A stretch of DNA of 64,000 bases. Source: Bacteroidales bacterium (GTDB lineage: Bacteria > Bacteroidota > Bacteroidia > Bacteroidales > WCHB1-69). Positions 53,746 through 62,925 of this stretch are shown piece by piece. The stretch is from positions 3,776-67,775 of the forward strand of contig JBBRGJ010000001.1 in the NCBI GenBank assembly GCA_038240835.1. The letters are read 5' to 3'. The notes beneath the pieces are model-generated. The model searched no databases. It was not told the origin of the DNA and was given only the letters and a program-made list of their open reading frames with translations. Each line of letters opens with the position of its first letter. Within the stretch, counting starts at the first letter, position 1. Made by a program: the position numbers and the translations under genes.

Positions 53746-53766
53746 TTTATTTAAAATAGGATAGTT

Positions 53767-54183
53767 ATGGCATTAAAAACCAGAAATAAGAGAAATATTG
53801 AGTTTAGTACCGCTTCTATGTCGGATTTGGTGTTTTTATTACTCATTTTTTTTATGATTACATCGACATTGGTGAGTCCAAATGCAATTAAACTTTTGTT
53901 GCCAAATAGCACCGGTCAAGTTAAATCTCCAAAGACCATGAACGTTTATGTGAGGGCTCCCGATGAATTTTATGTGGAAGAAAATCGTGTGCCTTTGGAA
54001 GAACTTTCTTTAAAGATTCAAGAAAACTTGGTTGGTCAACCTGATGATGCAACCGTTGTTTTACGTTCCGACAAAGAAGCAGCTGTTCAGTTGGTTGTAA
54101 ATGTAATTGATGCGGTGAACAAAATAAATGAACAGTACCAAAAAAAGTACAAAGTTATTTTGGCAACAAATCCACAGAAATAA
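53767..54183 (+). CDS. exbD: biopolymer transport protein ExbD/TolR
   Basis: N-terminal SMSDLVFLLLIFFMITST TM helix; 138 aa. Confidence 0.85.
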   Translation: MALKTRNKRNIEFSTASMSDLVFLLLIFFMITSTLVSPNAIKLLLPNSTGQVKSPKTMNVYVRAPDEFYVEENRVPLEELSLKIQENLVGQPDDATVVLRSDKEAAVQLVVNVIDAVNKINEQYQKKYKVILATNPQK

Positions 54184-54219
54184 CGTTAAACCTTATAGAT
54201 CAAATCAAATTAGTGCAAT

Positions 54220-54924
54220 ATGTTAAAGATAAGCAATCAACATAAGGGAATTATTGGAACCGTGGTGTTTCATTGTCTTTTATTGCTCTGTTTCTTTTTT
54301 ATGGGGTTTAAAACTCCATTACCTTTGCCCGAAGAGATTGGTACAGAGATAGATATGGGCGGTGGTGGCGGTGGTTCATCCAGTTCTGATGTAAGTACAC
54401 CTGCATCATCCAGTCCCGAAGATTATGCTACCCAAAATTCTGAAGAATCGACAGCATTGACTAATAATAAAAATAAAGTCATCAGAAAAAATGTCGATAA
54501 CAAAGTGGTAGAACCCAAAGTGGATGAACGTTTTATCTATAAAAAATCAAATAATAATGGTTCTGGCAATGGGAACGGCAATGGAAATGGTCCTGGCACT
54601 GGTCCCGGAAGTGGTCCTGGTGATGGAGGCGGAAATGGTCCCGGTCACGGTCCTGGCAATGGTCCTGGATTTTCTTTGAATGGAAGAAGTGCCAAAAGTT
54701 TGCCCGCTCCCGATTTTAGCAACATACAAGGAAAGGTAGTCGTTAGAATTAAAGTAGATCCAAATGGGAAAGTGATTGACGCAGAAGCAATTTCAAAAGG
54801 TTCAACCATTGCAAATAATAAAGTTTGGAAAAAATGTGAAGAATATGCAATGAGAGCAAAATTCAGTGCAAAATCTGATGCGCCGGATGTACAGCAAGGA
54901 ACGATTACTTATATTATTGAGTAA
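54220..54924 (+). CDS. tonB: TonB-family energy transducer with a Gly/Asn/Pro low-complexity linker
   Basis: N-terminal TM anchor, (NG)n(PG)n linker, C-terminal TonB_C-like beta region (GKVVVRIKVDPNGKVIDAE). Confidence 0.7.
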   Translation: MLKISNQHKGIIGTVVFHCLLLLCFFFMGFKTPLPLPEEIGTEIDMGGGGGGSSSSDVSTPASSSPEDYATQNSEESTALTNNKNKVIRKNVDNKVVEPKVDERFIYKKSNNNGSGNGNGNGNGPGTGPGSGPGDGGGNGPGHGPGNGPGFSLNGRSAKSLPAPDFSNIQGKVVVRIKVDPNGKVIDAEAISKGSTIANNKVWKKCEEYAMRAKFSAKSDAPDVQQGTITYIIE

Positions 54925-54950
54925 TAGTTTTGTAGATATATTTCTAAAAT

Positions 54951-54991
54951 AAAAAAATGCTCAAGTATCGAAATATTTGAGCATTTTTTTT
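54951..54991 (+). terminator. intrinsic terminator after tonB
   Basis: aaaaaaatgctcaa - 12-nt loop - ttgagcatttttttt. Confidence 0.65.
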
Positions 54992-55009
54992 ATGAAATCT
55001 TTTTAGGGG

Positions 55010-55300
55010 GAGAAGTGAACAGGTGAGTGAAGCTCGTTCTGAAAGAGGTGACGGAGTAACGGGGTAACGGGGTAACGGAGCGAAGCTCGTCTGAAGAAGT
55101 GGCCGAGTGGCGGAGTAGCCGAGTGGCGGAGTGGAGCGAAGCTCGACTGGCCTCGCAAGAGTCTCGCTTCGCGCCCGGACTCGCTTGCGCATCGTCGCTT
55201 CGCGCCCGGACTCGCTTGCGCATCGTCGCTTTGCGGTCACTCCGTTACTCCGTAGCCCCGTCACCTTCTTCACTCGTCACCCCGTTACTTTTTTCTCAAA
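55010..55300. repeat. GC-rich modular repeat block O (upstream of folC)
   Basis: ggtaacgg octads 55047-55080. gccgagtggcggagt units. About 108 bp (55096-55203) are ~94% identical to 56789-56895. A perfect 31-bp tandem duplication lies at 55164-55225, with complementary gtcactccgttac / gtcacc modules on the right arm. Confidence 0.85.
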
Positions 55301-55316
55301 GTATTATTTTTTTTTC

Positions 55317-55324
55317 TACTTTTG
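55317..55324 (+). promoter_or_regulatory. -7 box TACTTTTG upstream of folC
   Basis: TAnnTTTG match 105 nt before ATG 55429. Confidence 0.4.
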
Positions 55325-55428
55325 CAGCAAGACAAAAGTGACATTAAAAATAGGATCTTAGAAGGAAAAAAGGTTCATCTTTTTCGACAAAATATTTTTT
55401 TTAAAAAGAGTAAATCAATTGCTTAATT

Positions 55429-56703
55429 ATGAATTACAAAGAAACGTTAGAATATTTATTTAATAGTTTGCCCATGTTTCATCGGGTTGGAGCTGCAGCT
55501 TATAAGGCAAATTTGGATAATACGTATAAGTTGATGGATTTAACGGGACATCCTTACGAGAAATTTAAATCAATCCATGTTGCTGGAACTAATGGAAAGG
55601 GCTCTAGTTCTCACTTTCTTGCTTCCATCATGCAGGAGCAAGGGCTGAAAACTGGGTTGTACACATCGCCTCATTTAAAAGATTTTCGCGAAAGAATTAA
55701 AATTAATGGGGTGATGATTTCCGAAGAAGAAGTTGTTGGTTTTGTGGAGAAATACAAGTCTAATTTTGAAGAAATTCAACCCTCTTTTTTTGAAATGACT
55801 GTGGCCATGGCTTTCTCTTATTTTGCTAAAGAAAACGTAGATATTGCAATTATAGAAACGGGCTTAGGTGGTCGTTTAGATTCAACAAATGTCATTCATC
55901 CACTGCTCTCTATCATCACAAATATTGATTTTGATCATACCGCTTTGTTGGGAAATACATTGGTTGAAATTGCCGGTGAAAAAGCTGGAATTATAAAGAA
56001 AAATGTGCCAGTGGTGATTGGAGAATCTTCGGTAGAAACTGATTCTGTTTTTATACAAAAATCAATTATTGAAGATGCTCAAATTGTATTTGCTGACAAA
56101 GTAAATTTGGTGGAGGATGTGGAGATGATAAATCCTTTTTTAATGAATTTTAAATTTGGAAATTATAATCTTTCTAGTCCACTAGCTGGAAAGTATCAGC
56201 TAAAAAATTTGGTCACCGTATGTACCGCCATCGATCTGTTGAATAATTGTACTGACATTCAAATCTCTCCAAAAAACGTGGAGTTAGGAGTTCGTAATGT
56301 GATCAAAAATACACAATTTGTTGGAAGATGGCATCGATTGAATGAGAGTCCTTTAGCCATTGCTGATACAGGTCATAATCCTCATGGTTTGTCTATTGTG
56401 TTAAAACAATTGGAGGAATTGCAAGCAAAAACACTTCATTTTGTCCTGGGAATGGTCAACGATAAAGATATTGATTTGGCGTTGTCGATGATGCCAAAAA
56501 ATGCAGTTTATTATTTTTGCAAAGCAGATATTCCAAGAGGATTAAACCAAGAAATTTTGGCACAAATGGCTCAGAAGTTTGGATTAAATGGCTCGTGTTA
56601 CTCTTCTGTGAATGAAGCATATCAAGTTGCCTTAAAAAATGCAAAACCAGAAGATGTCGTCTTTGTCGGAGGAAGTACGTTTACAGTTGCTGAGGTGGTT
56701 TGA
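55429..56703 (+). CDS. folC: folylpolyglutamate synthase / dihydrofolate synthase
   Basis: HVAGTNGKGSS P-loop and Mur-ligase organisation. Confidence 0.9.
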   Translation: MNYKETLEYLFNSLPMFHRVGAAAYKANLDNTYKLMDLTGHPYEKFKSIHVAGTNGKGSSSHFLASIMQEQGLKTGLYTSPHLKDFRERIKINGVMISEEEVVGFVEKYKSNFEEIQPSFFEMTVAMAFSYFAKENVDIAIIETGLGGRLDSTNVIHPLLSIITNIDFDHTALLGNTLVEIAGEKAGIIKKNVPVVIGESSVETDSVFIQKSIIEDAQIVFADKVNLVEDVEMINPFLMNFKFGNYNLSSPLAGKYQLKNLVTVCTAIDLLNNCTDIQISPKNVELGVRNVIKNTQFVGRWHRLNESPLAIADTGHNPHGLSIVLKQLEELQAKTLHFVLGMVNDKDIDLALSMMPKNAVYYFCKADIPRGLNQEILAQMAQKFGLNGSCYSSVNEAYQVALKNAKPEDVVFVGGSTFTVAEVV

Positions 56704-57000
56704 AAGAGGTGACGAGTGACGAGTGACGAGTGACGGAGCGAAGCTCGACTGAAGAGGTGACGGGGTAACGGAGCGAAGCTTATCTGAGGAAGTGGCCGAG
56801 TTGCGGAGTAGCCGAGTGGCGGAGTGGAGCGAAGCTCGACTGGCCTCGCAAGAGTCTCGCTTCGCACCAGACTCCCTTGCGCATCGTCGCTTCGCGGTCA
56901 CTCGTCACTCGTCACCTGTCACTTTCCTCCATCGTCGCTTCGCGGTCACCCCGTTATTTCGTCACCCCGTTACCTTCTTGCTCCGTTTCTTCGAAGTCAT
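56701..57000. repeat. GC-rich modular repeat block P (downstream of folC)
   Basis: gtgacga heptads 56709-56734 are mirrored by gtcactcgtcactcgtcacc 56897-56916. It shares the ~108-bp core with block O and cgcttcgcggtcactcgtcacctgtcactt.cctccatcgtcgctt with block N. Confidence 0.85.
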
Positions 57001-57117
57001 CCTCCATTTCCCCCCTTGGAAAACAGAGTATTGAAAGGGTTTTCTCTTTTCCTTTGTTCAATAAATGTTTAACAATTTTTTTGTTATAAAAATAGTGTAA
57101 AAAACAACTATTTTTCA

Positions 57118-57125
57118 TACTTTTG
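57118..57125 (+). promoter_or_regulatory. -7 box TACTTTTG upstream of guaB
   Basis: TAnnTTTG match 20 nt before ATG 57145. Confidence 0.45.
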
Positions 57126-57144
57126 CACGATAAAGTATAAAATT

Positions 57145-58620
57145 ATGGATTTTAATTTTTCAAAAGATAAATTTGTAGGCGAAGGGCTAACCTACGATGA
57201 CGTATTATTGGTGCCAGCGTATAGCGAAGTACTGCCTCGTGAGGTAAGTTTGCGTACTAAATTTACCCGCAACATTGAATTGAATATTCCTATTGTTTCG
57301 GCGGCAATGGATACCGTTACTGAGTCAGAAATGGCAATTTCTATGGCTCAAGAGGGTGGAATTGGTGTTTTGCACAAAAATATGTCGATAGAGGCACAAG
57401 CCACCGAGGTAAAAAAAGTGAAACGTGCCGAAAATGGAATGATTATCAGTCCCATTACGATTTTAGAAAATGCCACAGCGGGAGATGCGCTTAAACTGAT
57501 GGCTGAGTACAAAATTGGTGGCATTCCGGTCGTGAACGAAAAAAACAACTTAGTAGGAATCGTGACCAATAGAGATTTGCGTTTTATTCGTGAAATGGCA
57601 AAACCCATCGCAACGATTATGACACGCAAAGTGGTGACTACTTCGGAGTTTACAACTTTTGAAAAAGCCGCCGATATTCTTCAAGAATACAAGATCGAAA
57701 AATTGCCAGTGGTGAATAAAGAGGGATTTTTAGTTGGCTTAATCACCTACAAAGATATTATAAAAATTAAAGCTCGTCCAAACGCCAACAAGGATAAAAT
57801 TGGTCGTTTGCGTGTTGCTGCTGGGGTTGGCGTTACTGCCGATACACTCAGTCGTTGCGAAGCTTTGGTGGCTGCAGGCGTAGATGCTTTGGTGATTGAT
57901 ACGGCTCATGGTCACTCCAAAGGAGTTTTGGAAATGGTTAGAAAAGTAAAAGATTTATATCCAGAAATTGAGTTGGTGGTTGGAAACATTGCAACGGCAG
58001 AAGCAGCTTTGGATCTCGTAAAAGCGGGAGCTGATGCTGTAAAAGTTGGAATTGGACCAGGATCAATATGCACTACTCGAATCATTGCAGGCATTGGCGT
58101 TCCTCAATTGGGCGCAATTTATGCAGTTTCACAAGCACTTAAAAATACAGGCGTTCCTGTAATTGCCGATGGTGGAATTCGTTACACTGGCGATATTGTA
58201 AAAGCAATTGCGGCAGGTGCCGACTGTATTATGGCAGGCTCGCTCTTCGCTGGCGTGGATGAATCTCCAGGTGAAGCAATTATTTTCGAAGGACGTAAAT
58301 ATAAAACATACCGAGGAATGGGATCCATTGATGCGATGCAAAAAGGGTCAAAAGATCGCTACTTTCAAGATGCTGAAGATGATCTTGGAAAGTTAGTTCC
58401 CGAAGGTATTGTAGGTCGCGTAGCTTATAAAGGAAGCCTTTCAGAAGTGGTTCACCAAATGACTGGTGGACTTAGAGCTGGAATGGGTTACACCGGTTCT
58501 GCAAGCATTGACCATCTGAAAAAATATGCTAAATTTGTAAAAATAACTCATGCAGGAATGGTCGAAAGTCATCCTCATGATATTACAATTACCCGTGAAG
58601 CACCAAATTATTCAAGATAA
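57145..58620 (+). CDS. guaB: IMP dehydrogenase
   Basis: CBS pair insert, catalytic [12 protein letters not shown]-terminal EAPNYS. Confidence 0.95.
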   Translation: MDFNFSKDKFVGEGLTYDDVLLVPAYSEVLPREVSLRTKFTRNIELNIPIVSAAMDTVTESEMAISMAQEGGIGVLHKNMSIEAQATEVKKVKRAENGMIISPITILENATAGDALKLMAEYKIGGIPVVNEKNNLVGIVTNRDLRFIREMAKPIATIMTRKVVTTSEFTTFEKAADILQEYKIEKLPVVNKEGFLVGLITYKDIIKIKARPNANKDKIGRLRVAAGVGVTADTLSRCEALVAAGVDALVIDTAHGHSKGVLEMVRKVKDLYPEIELVVGNIATAEAALDLVKAGADAVKVGIGPGSICTTRIIAGIGVPQLGAIYAVSQALKNTGVPVIADGGIRYTGDIVKAIAAGADCIMAGSLFAGVDESPGEAIIFEGRKYKTYRGMGSIDAMQKGSKDRYFQDAEDDLGKLVPEGIVGRVAYKGSLSEVVHQMTGGLRAGMGYTGSASIDHLKKYAKFVKITHAGMVESHPHDITITREAPNYSR

Positions 58621-58651
58621 ATTATTAATCAACATTAAACTTAAAAAAAAT

Positions 58652-60715
58652 ATGAAAAGAGTTTCAATTGTGTTTGTTTTTATAATGGCAAACCTATTTT
58701 TATCACAACCTATTTTTGCTCAAAAGAAAGGGACTGCTAATAAAGCTACGAAACCTACTACTCAAACAAATGTAGCGACTCCAGTTCAAATAGAGGATCC
58801 TATTTTGATGACGATTAATGGTGAAAAAGTCACTAAATCGGAATTTTTAGGTGTATTTCTAAAAAATAATTCGAATAAAAATGCGCCCATTGATCAAAAA
58901 AGCATCAATGAGTACTTAGATCTTTATATCAATTTCAAACTGAAAGTAAAAGAAGCTGAGTTGTTGAAATACGATACTTCTGCTGCATTTATTAACGAGT
59001 TAGCAGGATATCGCAAACAGTTGGCACAACCTTATTTGGTCGACAAAGAGGTAAATGAAGTATTGTTGAACGAAGCTTACGATCGTTCCAAATTTGATGT
59101 TCGCGCGAGTCATATCTTGATTCGTTTGGATAAAGACGCATCTGCAAAAGACACCTTGATCGCCTATAATAAAATCTCTGCATTAAGAAATCGTTTTATC
59201 AAAGGCGAATCTTTTGCTAAATTAGCGGTAGAAGGTTCCGAAGATCCATCCGCTCGCGATCAGAGAGAAGAAGGTGGACGTCCTGGATACAAAGGAAACA
59301 AAGGTGATTTGGGCTATTTTTCAACATTTGACATGGTTTATCCATTCGAAAATGCAGCTTTTTCTACACCAGTAGGTCAAGTTTCTTCAATTCTTAGAAC
59401 CGATTTTGGCTACCACATTTTATACGTTGTTGATAAAAAACCTGCATTAGGAAAAGTTCATGTTGCGCACTTATTGGTAAAACTACCAGAGAATGCAACC
59501 AAAGCTGATACCATCGCTGCATTAGCAAAAGTGGCTGAAGTAGATGCGAAAATCAAAAATGGAGAAAATTTTGAGGAACTTGTAAAAACGTATTCCGACG
59601 ACAAAGGATCTTCTCCAAAAGGTGGATTATTGCCTTGGTTTGGTCCAAATAGAATGGTTCCAGAGTTTGTGTCTGTTCTTTACAGTCTCGAATTAAACCA
59701 AGTATCTGCACCTGTAGCGACAATTTATGGATGGCATTTTATTAAAATGGTAGAAAAAAGCAAAACTCAATCTTTTGACGAAGTTAAATCTGAATTGAAA
59801 ATGAAGATTGCGCGTGATGTTCGTTCCAATAAGAGTAAAGATTCATTCATCGAGAGATTAAAAGCAGAATATTCATTTGTCTATTATCCTAAAAATGTGG
59901 ATGAATTTGCTTCACTATTAGATTCTTCATTTCACACAGGAAGCTGGAAAGCAACAAAAGCTTCTGGTTTAACCAAACCAATCTTTGTGCTTGATGGAAA
60001 TAAATATACACAACCTCAATTTGCGGAATATTTGGAAAAACATCAAGCGGATAATTCGAAAGAAGAGTCTGGTTCTGTGTTGAAAAATAGATTCAAATCG
60101 TGGGTTGAAGAAGAGATTGTAGCTTACGAAGATTCTCGTTTGTCGGAAAAATATCCTGACTTTAGATTATTGCTAAAAGAGTATCGTGATGGTATTTTAT
60201 TGTTTGATTTAACCGACCGTAAAGTTTGGTCTAAAGCAATTAAAGATACTGTAGGGTTAGATGATTATTACGATGATTTGAAAAATAACTACAAATACCC
60301 ACGCCGTGTGGATGCTACTATTTACAAAGCAAAAGATGAGAAAAGTGCGAAAGCTGCTTTGAAAACGATTAAAAAAGAGTCTGCAAAAGGAACTGCTCCT
60401 GCTGAAATCGCTAAGATGGTCAACAAGAAAGGGGAGTTGGTAAAAGTAGAAACAGGTCTCTTTGCTGCTGGTGACAATGTAATCCTTGATGAGATTGAGT
60501 GGAAAGAAGGACTTTCGGGTGTTGAATACATTAAAAATAGTTTCAATATCATACGTATTTCAAAAGTATTGGCTCCTTCGGTTAAACCACTTTCCGAAAT
60601 CAAAGGAATTATTATTTCTGAATATCAAAACTATTTAGAAAAAGAGTGGATTCGCGAACTAAAAGCTAAATATACAGTAGTTGTAGATCAAGAAGTATTA
60701 AAATCAATAAAATAG
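58652..60715 (+). CDS. periplasmic PpiC/parvulin-type peptidyl-prolyl isomerase (two parvulin domains)
   Basis: Signal peptide at the internal ATG 58652. FGYHILYV and YGWHFIKM parvulin motifs. Confidence 0.8.
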   Translation: MKRVSIVFVFIMANLFLSQPIFAQKKGTANKATKPTTQTNVATPVQIEDPILMTINGEKVTKSEFLGVFLKNNSNKNAPIDQKSINEYLDLYINFKLKVKEAELLKYDTSAAFINELAGYRKQLAQPYLVDKEVNEVLLNEAYDRSKFDVRASHILIRLDKDASAKDTLIAYNKISALRNRFIKGESFAKLAVEGSEDPSARDQREEGGRPGYKGNKGDLGYFSTFDMVYPFENAAFSTPVGQVSSILRTDFGYHILYVVDKKPALGKVHVAHLLVKLPENATKADTIAALAKVAEVDAKIKNGENFEELVKTYSDDKGSSPKGGLLPWFGPNRMVPEFVSVLYSLELNQVSAPVATIYGWHFIKMVEKSKTQSFDEVKSELKMKIARDVRSNKSKDSFIERLKAEYSFVYYPKNVDEFASLLDSSFHTGSWKATKASGLTKPIFVLDGNKYTQPQFAEYLEKHQADNSKEESGSVLKNRFKSWVEEEIVAYEDSRLSEKYPDFRLLLKEYRDGILLFDLTDRKVWSKAIKDTVGLDDYYDDLKNNYKYPRRVDATIYKAKDEKSAKAALKTIKKESAKGTAPAEIAKMVNKKGELVKVETGLFAAGDNVILDEIEWKEGLSGVEYIKNSFNIIRISKVLAPSVKPLSEIKGIIISEYQNYLEKEWIRELKAKYTVVVDQEVLKSIK

Positions 60716-60718
60716 TCG

Positions 60719-61561
60719 TTGAAAAAAAGTGTAATCTTCTGCTTTTTTGCAGTTCTGATGTTTCTCTCTTCTTGCAATAACCATCGAGATGATGTGGCAT
60801 TGGCAAAAGTGGGTAGTGAATATTTGTATGCCTCCGATTTGAAAGGATTGGTCTCAGATAACGCTACCTCTGCCGATAGTGCATTGATCGTAAGTAGTTA
60901 TGTTCAATCGTGGGTAGAGCAACAGATTATGGCTCAAAAAGCAGAAGATGAACTTCCTTCGTCTAAAAGAGATTTTAAAAAGCAATTAGAAACCTATAAA
61001 CTCTCGCTTTTGATTCAGGCGTATGAATTTGATTATGTCGATAAACATTTAGATACATTGGTTTCAGAAAAAGAGATTTCTACCTATTATAATACGCATG
61101 TATCCGATTTTCAATTGAACTCAAATATTATTCAACTGATTTTTGTGAAATTCAAAAATTCACATCCGTTGATTAATCGAGTGAAACAGATGCTGTTCTC
61201 AAAAGCTCCCAATAAAAATTTGATTTCTAAGACGGTAGAAAAAGAAGCAGAGAACTTTTTTTTGGATGATAAAACATGGCTATTATTCGACGATATCACC
61301 AAAGAGTTGCCTCTTCAAAACTTTCAACAGTCTCAGTTTTTCTATAATAATCAGCTTGAGATAAAAGATTCATTGTATCATTATTTAATTGTGATTAAAG
61401 ACTTTAAAATAAAAGATGGTGTTTCTCCGTTGATGTACGAACGCGAAAATATAAAAACGATTATCTTAAATAATAGAAAGAATATATTGTTAGAAAAACT
61501 ACGATCAGAGGTTAAGAAAAAAGCGATAGAAAACTCTGATTTCGAAATATTCCAAAAATAA
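60719..61561 (+). CDS. hypothetical lipoprotein, possibly a SurA-N-like chaperone
   Basis: TTG start, lipobox LSSC. Conserved position between the two PPIase genes. Confidence 0.55.
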   Translation: MKKSVIFCFFAVLMFLSSCNNHRDDVALAKVGSEYLYASDLKGLVSDNATSADSALIVSSYVQSWVEQQIMAQKAEDELPSSKRDFKKQLETYKLSLLIQAYEFDYVDKHLDTLVSEKEISTYYNTHVSDFQLNSNIIQLIFVKFKNSHPLINRVKQMLFSKAPNKNLISKTVEKEAENFFLDDKTWLLFDDITKELPLQNFQQSQFFYNNQLEIKDSLYHYLIVIKDFKIKDGVSPLMYERENIKTIILNNRKNILLEKLRSEVKKKAIENSDFEIFQK

Positions 61562-61566
61562 ATAAA

Positions 61567-62922
61567 ATGAAATTATTAAAATTAAGTGCTCTGTTTATTG
61601 TCCTTTTTGTGATGGGCTTTTCGGTGAATGGTCAGGATAAGAAACCTGTAATCGATGAAGTAGTCGCCACTGTGGGAAATAAAGCGATTCTGTTGTCTGA
61701 GATTGAAAATCAGTATCTTCAATATAAATTGCAAAATCAAACGGAAGATTCAGACATCGATATCCGATGCATGATTTTGGATAATTTGATGTTGAGTAAA
61801 CTCTTGATTACGCAAGCCCAATTGGATAGTGTCGAGATTACCGATGGTCAAGTGGAAGAGAGAATTGAGCGAAATATGAGATACTTTATTTCGCAATTTG
61901 GCTCTAAACAGAAATTGGAAGAGTATTACAAGAAAAGCATGAAGGATATTAAAGATGAGTTGCGTGATAATGTAAGAGAGCAGCTTTATGTTGAATTTAT
62001 GCAAGAAAAAATAACCAGAGGCGTTGTTATTACACCTTCGGAGATCAATACCTATTTTAAGAAAATACCAGTGGACAGTATTCCAATTTTTCCTGCAGAA
62101 TATGAGATGTCTGAAATTGCAAAAGTTCCAAAAATATCTCAAAATCAAATGGATGCGGCTAAGTTTAAACTCAATGGACTGAGGGATCGTATTGTCGCAG
62201 GCGAAGGTTTTGCTACATTGGCAGTATTATACTCCGAAGATCCGGGTAGCGCTGTAAAAGGTGGCGAATTGGGTTTTGTAAATAGGGGAGAGTTGTATCC
62301 AGAATTTGAAACCGCTGCTTTTGCGCTTAAACAAGGAGAGATATCGCCAATTATTAAATCAAAAGCTGGTTATCATATCATCCAGCTGATTGAGCGCCGT
62401 GGACAATCCATCAACGTACGTCATATTTTGATTATGCTGAAACCAGCGATGGAAGATATGATTAGCGTGAAATCTTCGCTCGATTCGGTGTATACATTGC
62501 TCAAAAGCAGTTCGTTATCCGTGGATGAAGCTATTTCGACTTATTCCGAATCTCCGACCAAAAAGAACGGTGGATACATTATTAACCCATATTCAGGTAG
62601 CCTTTCATTCTCCGAAAACCAAATGGACGAGTCATTAGCTTCTGCTGTTGAGAAACTTACAGTTGGTGAATTTTCAAAACCAATGGTTTCCAAAAACGAA
62701 GAGGGTGAACTCTGTTACCGAATAGTGATTCTTAAAAAGAAAACAATGCCTCATAAAGCGAATATTTTAGACGATTATGATAAAATTCAAAAAGCAGCTT
62801 TAGAAGATAAGAAACAACGAACATTGGATAAATATGTATCCGATAAAATTGTGGATATTTATATAAATATTTTGCCAGCATATAAAAAGTGTTCATTTAT
62901 GCACACGTGGATAAAGGAGTAG
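61567..62922 (+). CDS. SurA-like periplasmic chaperone / PPIase
   Basis: Signal peptide, SurA_N-like region, parvulin motif AGYHIIQLIERR. Confidence 0.8.
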   Translation: MKLLKLSALFIVLFVMGFSVNGQDKKPVIDEVVATVGNKAILLSEIENQYLQYKLQNQTEDSDIDIRCMILDNLMLSKLLITQAQLDSVEITDGQVEERIERNMRYFISQFGSKQKLEEYYKKSMKDIKDELRDNVREQLYVEFMQEKITRGVVITPSEINTYFKKIPVDSIPIFPAEYEMSEIAKVPKISQNQMDAAKFKLNGLRDRIVAGEGFATLAVLYSEDPGSAVKGGELGFVNRGELYPEFETAAFALKQGEISPIIKSKAGYHIIQLIERRGQSINVRHILIMLKPAMEDMISVKSSLDSVYTLLKSSSLSVDEAISTYSESPTKKNGGYIINPYSGSLSFSENQMDESLASAVEKLTVGEFSKPMVSKNEEGELCYRIVILKKKTMPHKANILDDYDKIQKAALEDKKQRTLDKYVSDKIVDIYINILPAYKKCSFMHTWIKE

Positions 62923-62925
62923 TTT

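Noticed and set aside
54944-55361. Four ORFs (76-109 aa) on both strands between tonB and folC.
   Set aside because: They overlap each other in different frames and strands, consist of repeat-derived low-complexity peptides, and lack plausible starts or promoters. Near-identical peptides arise from block P. These are ghost ORFs of the GC-rich repeat.
56622-57089. Five ORFs (70-89 aa) on both strands downstream of folC.
   Set aside because: The reasoning is the same as for block O. Two of them also run antisense into the 3' end of folC.
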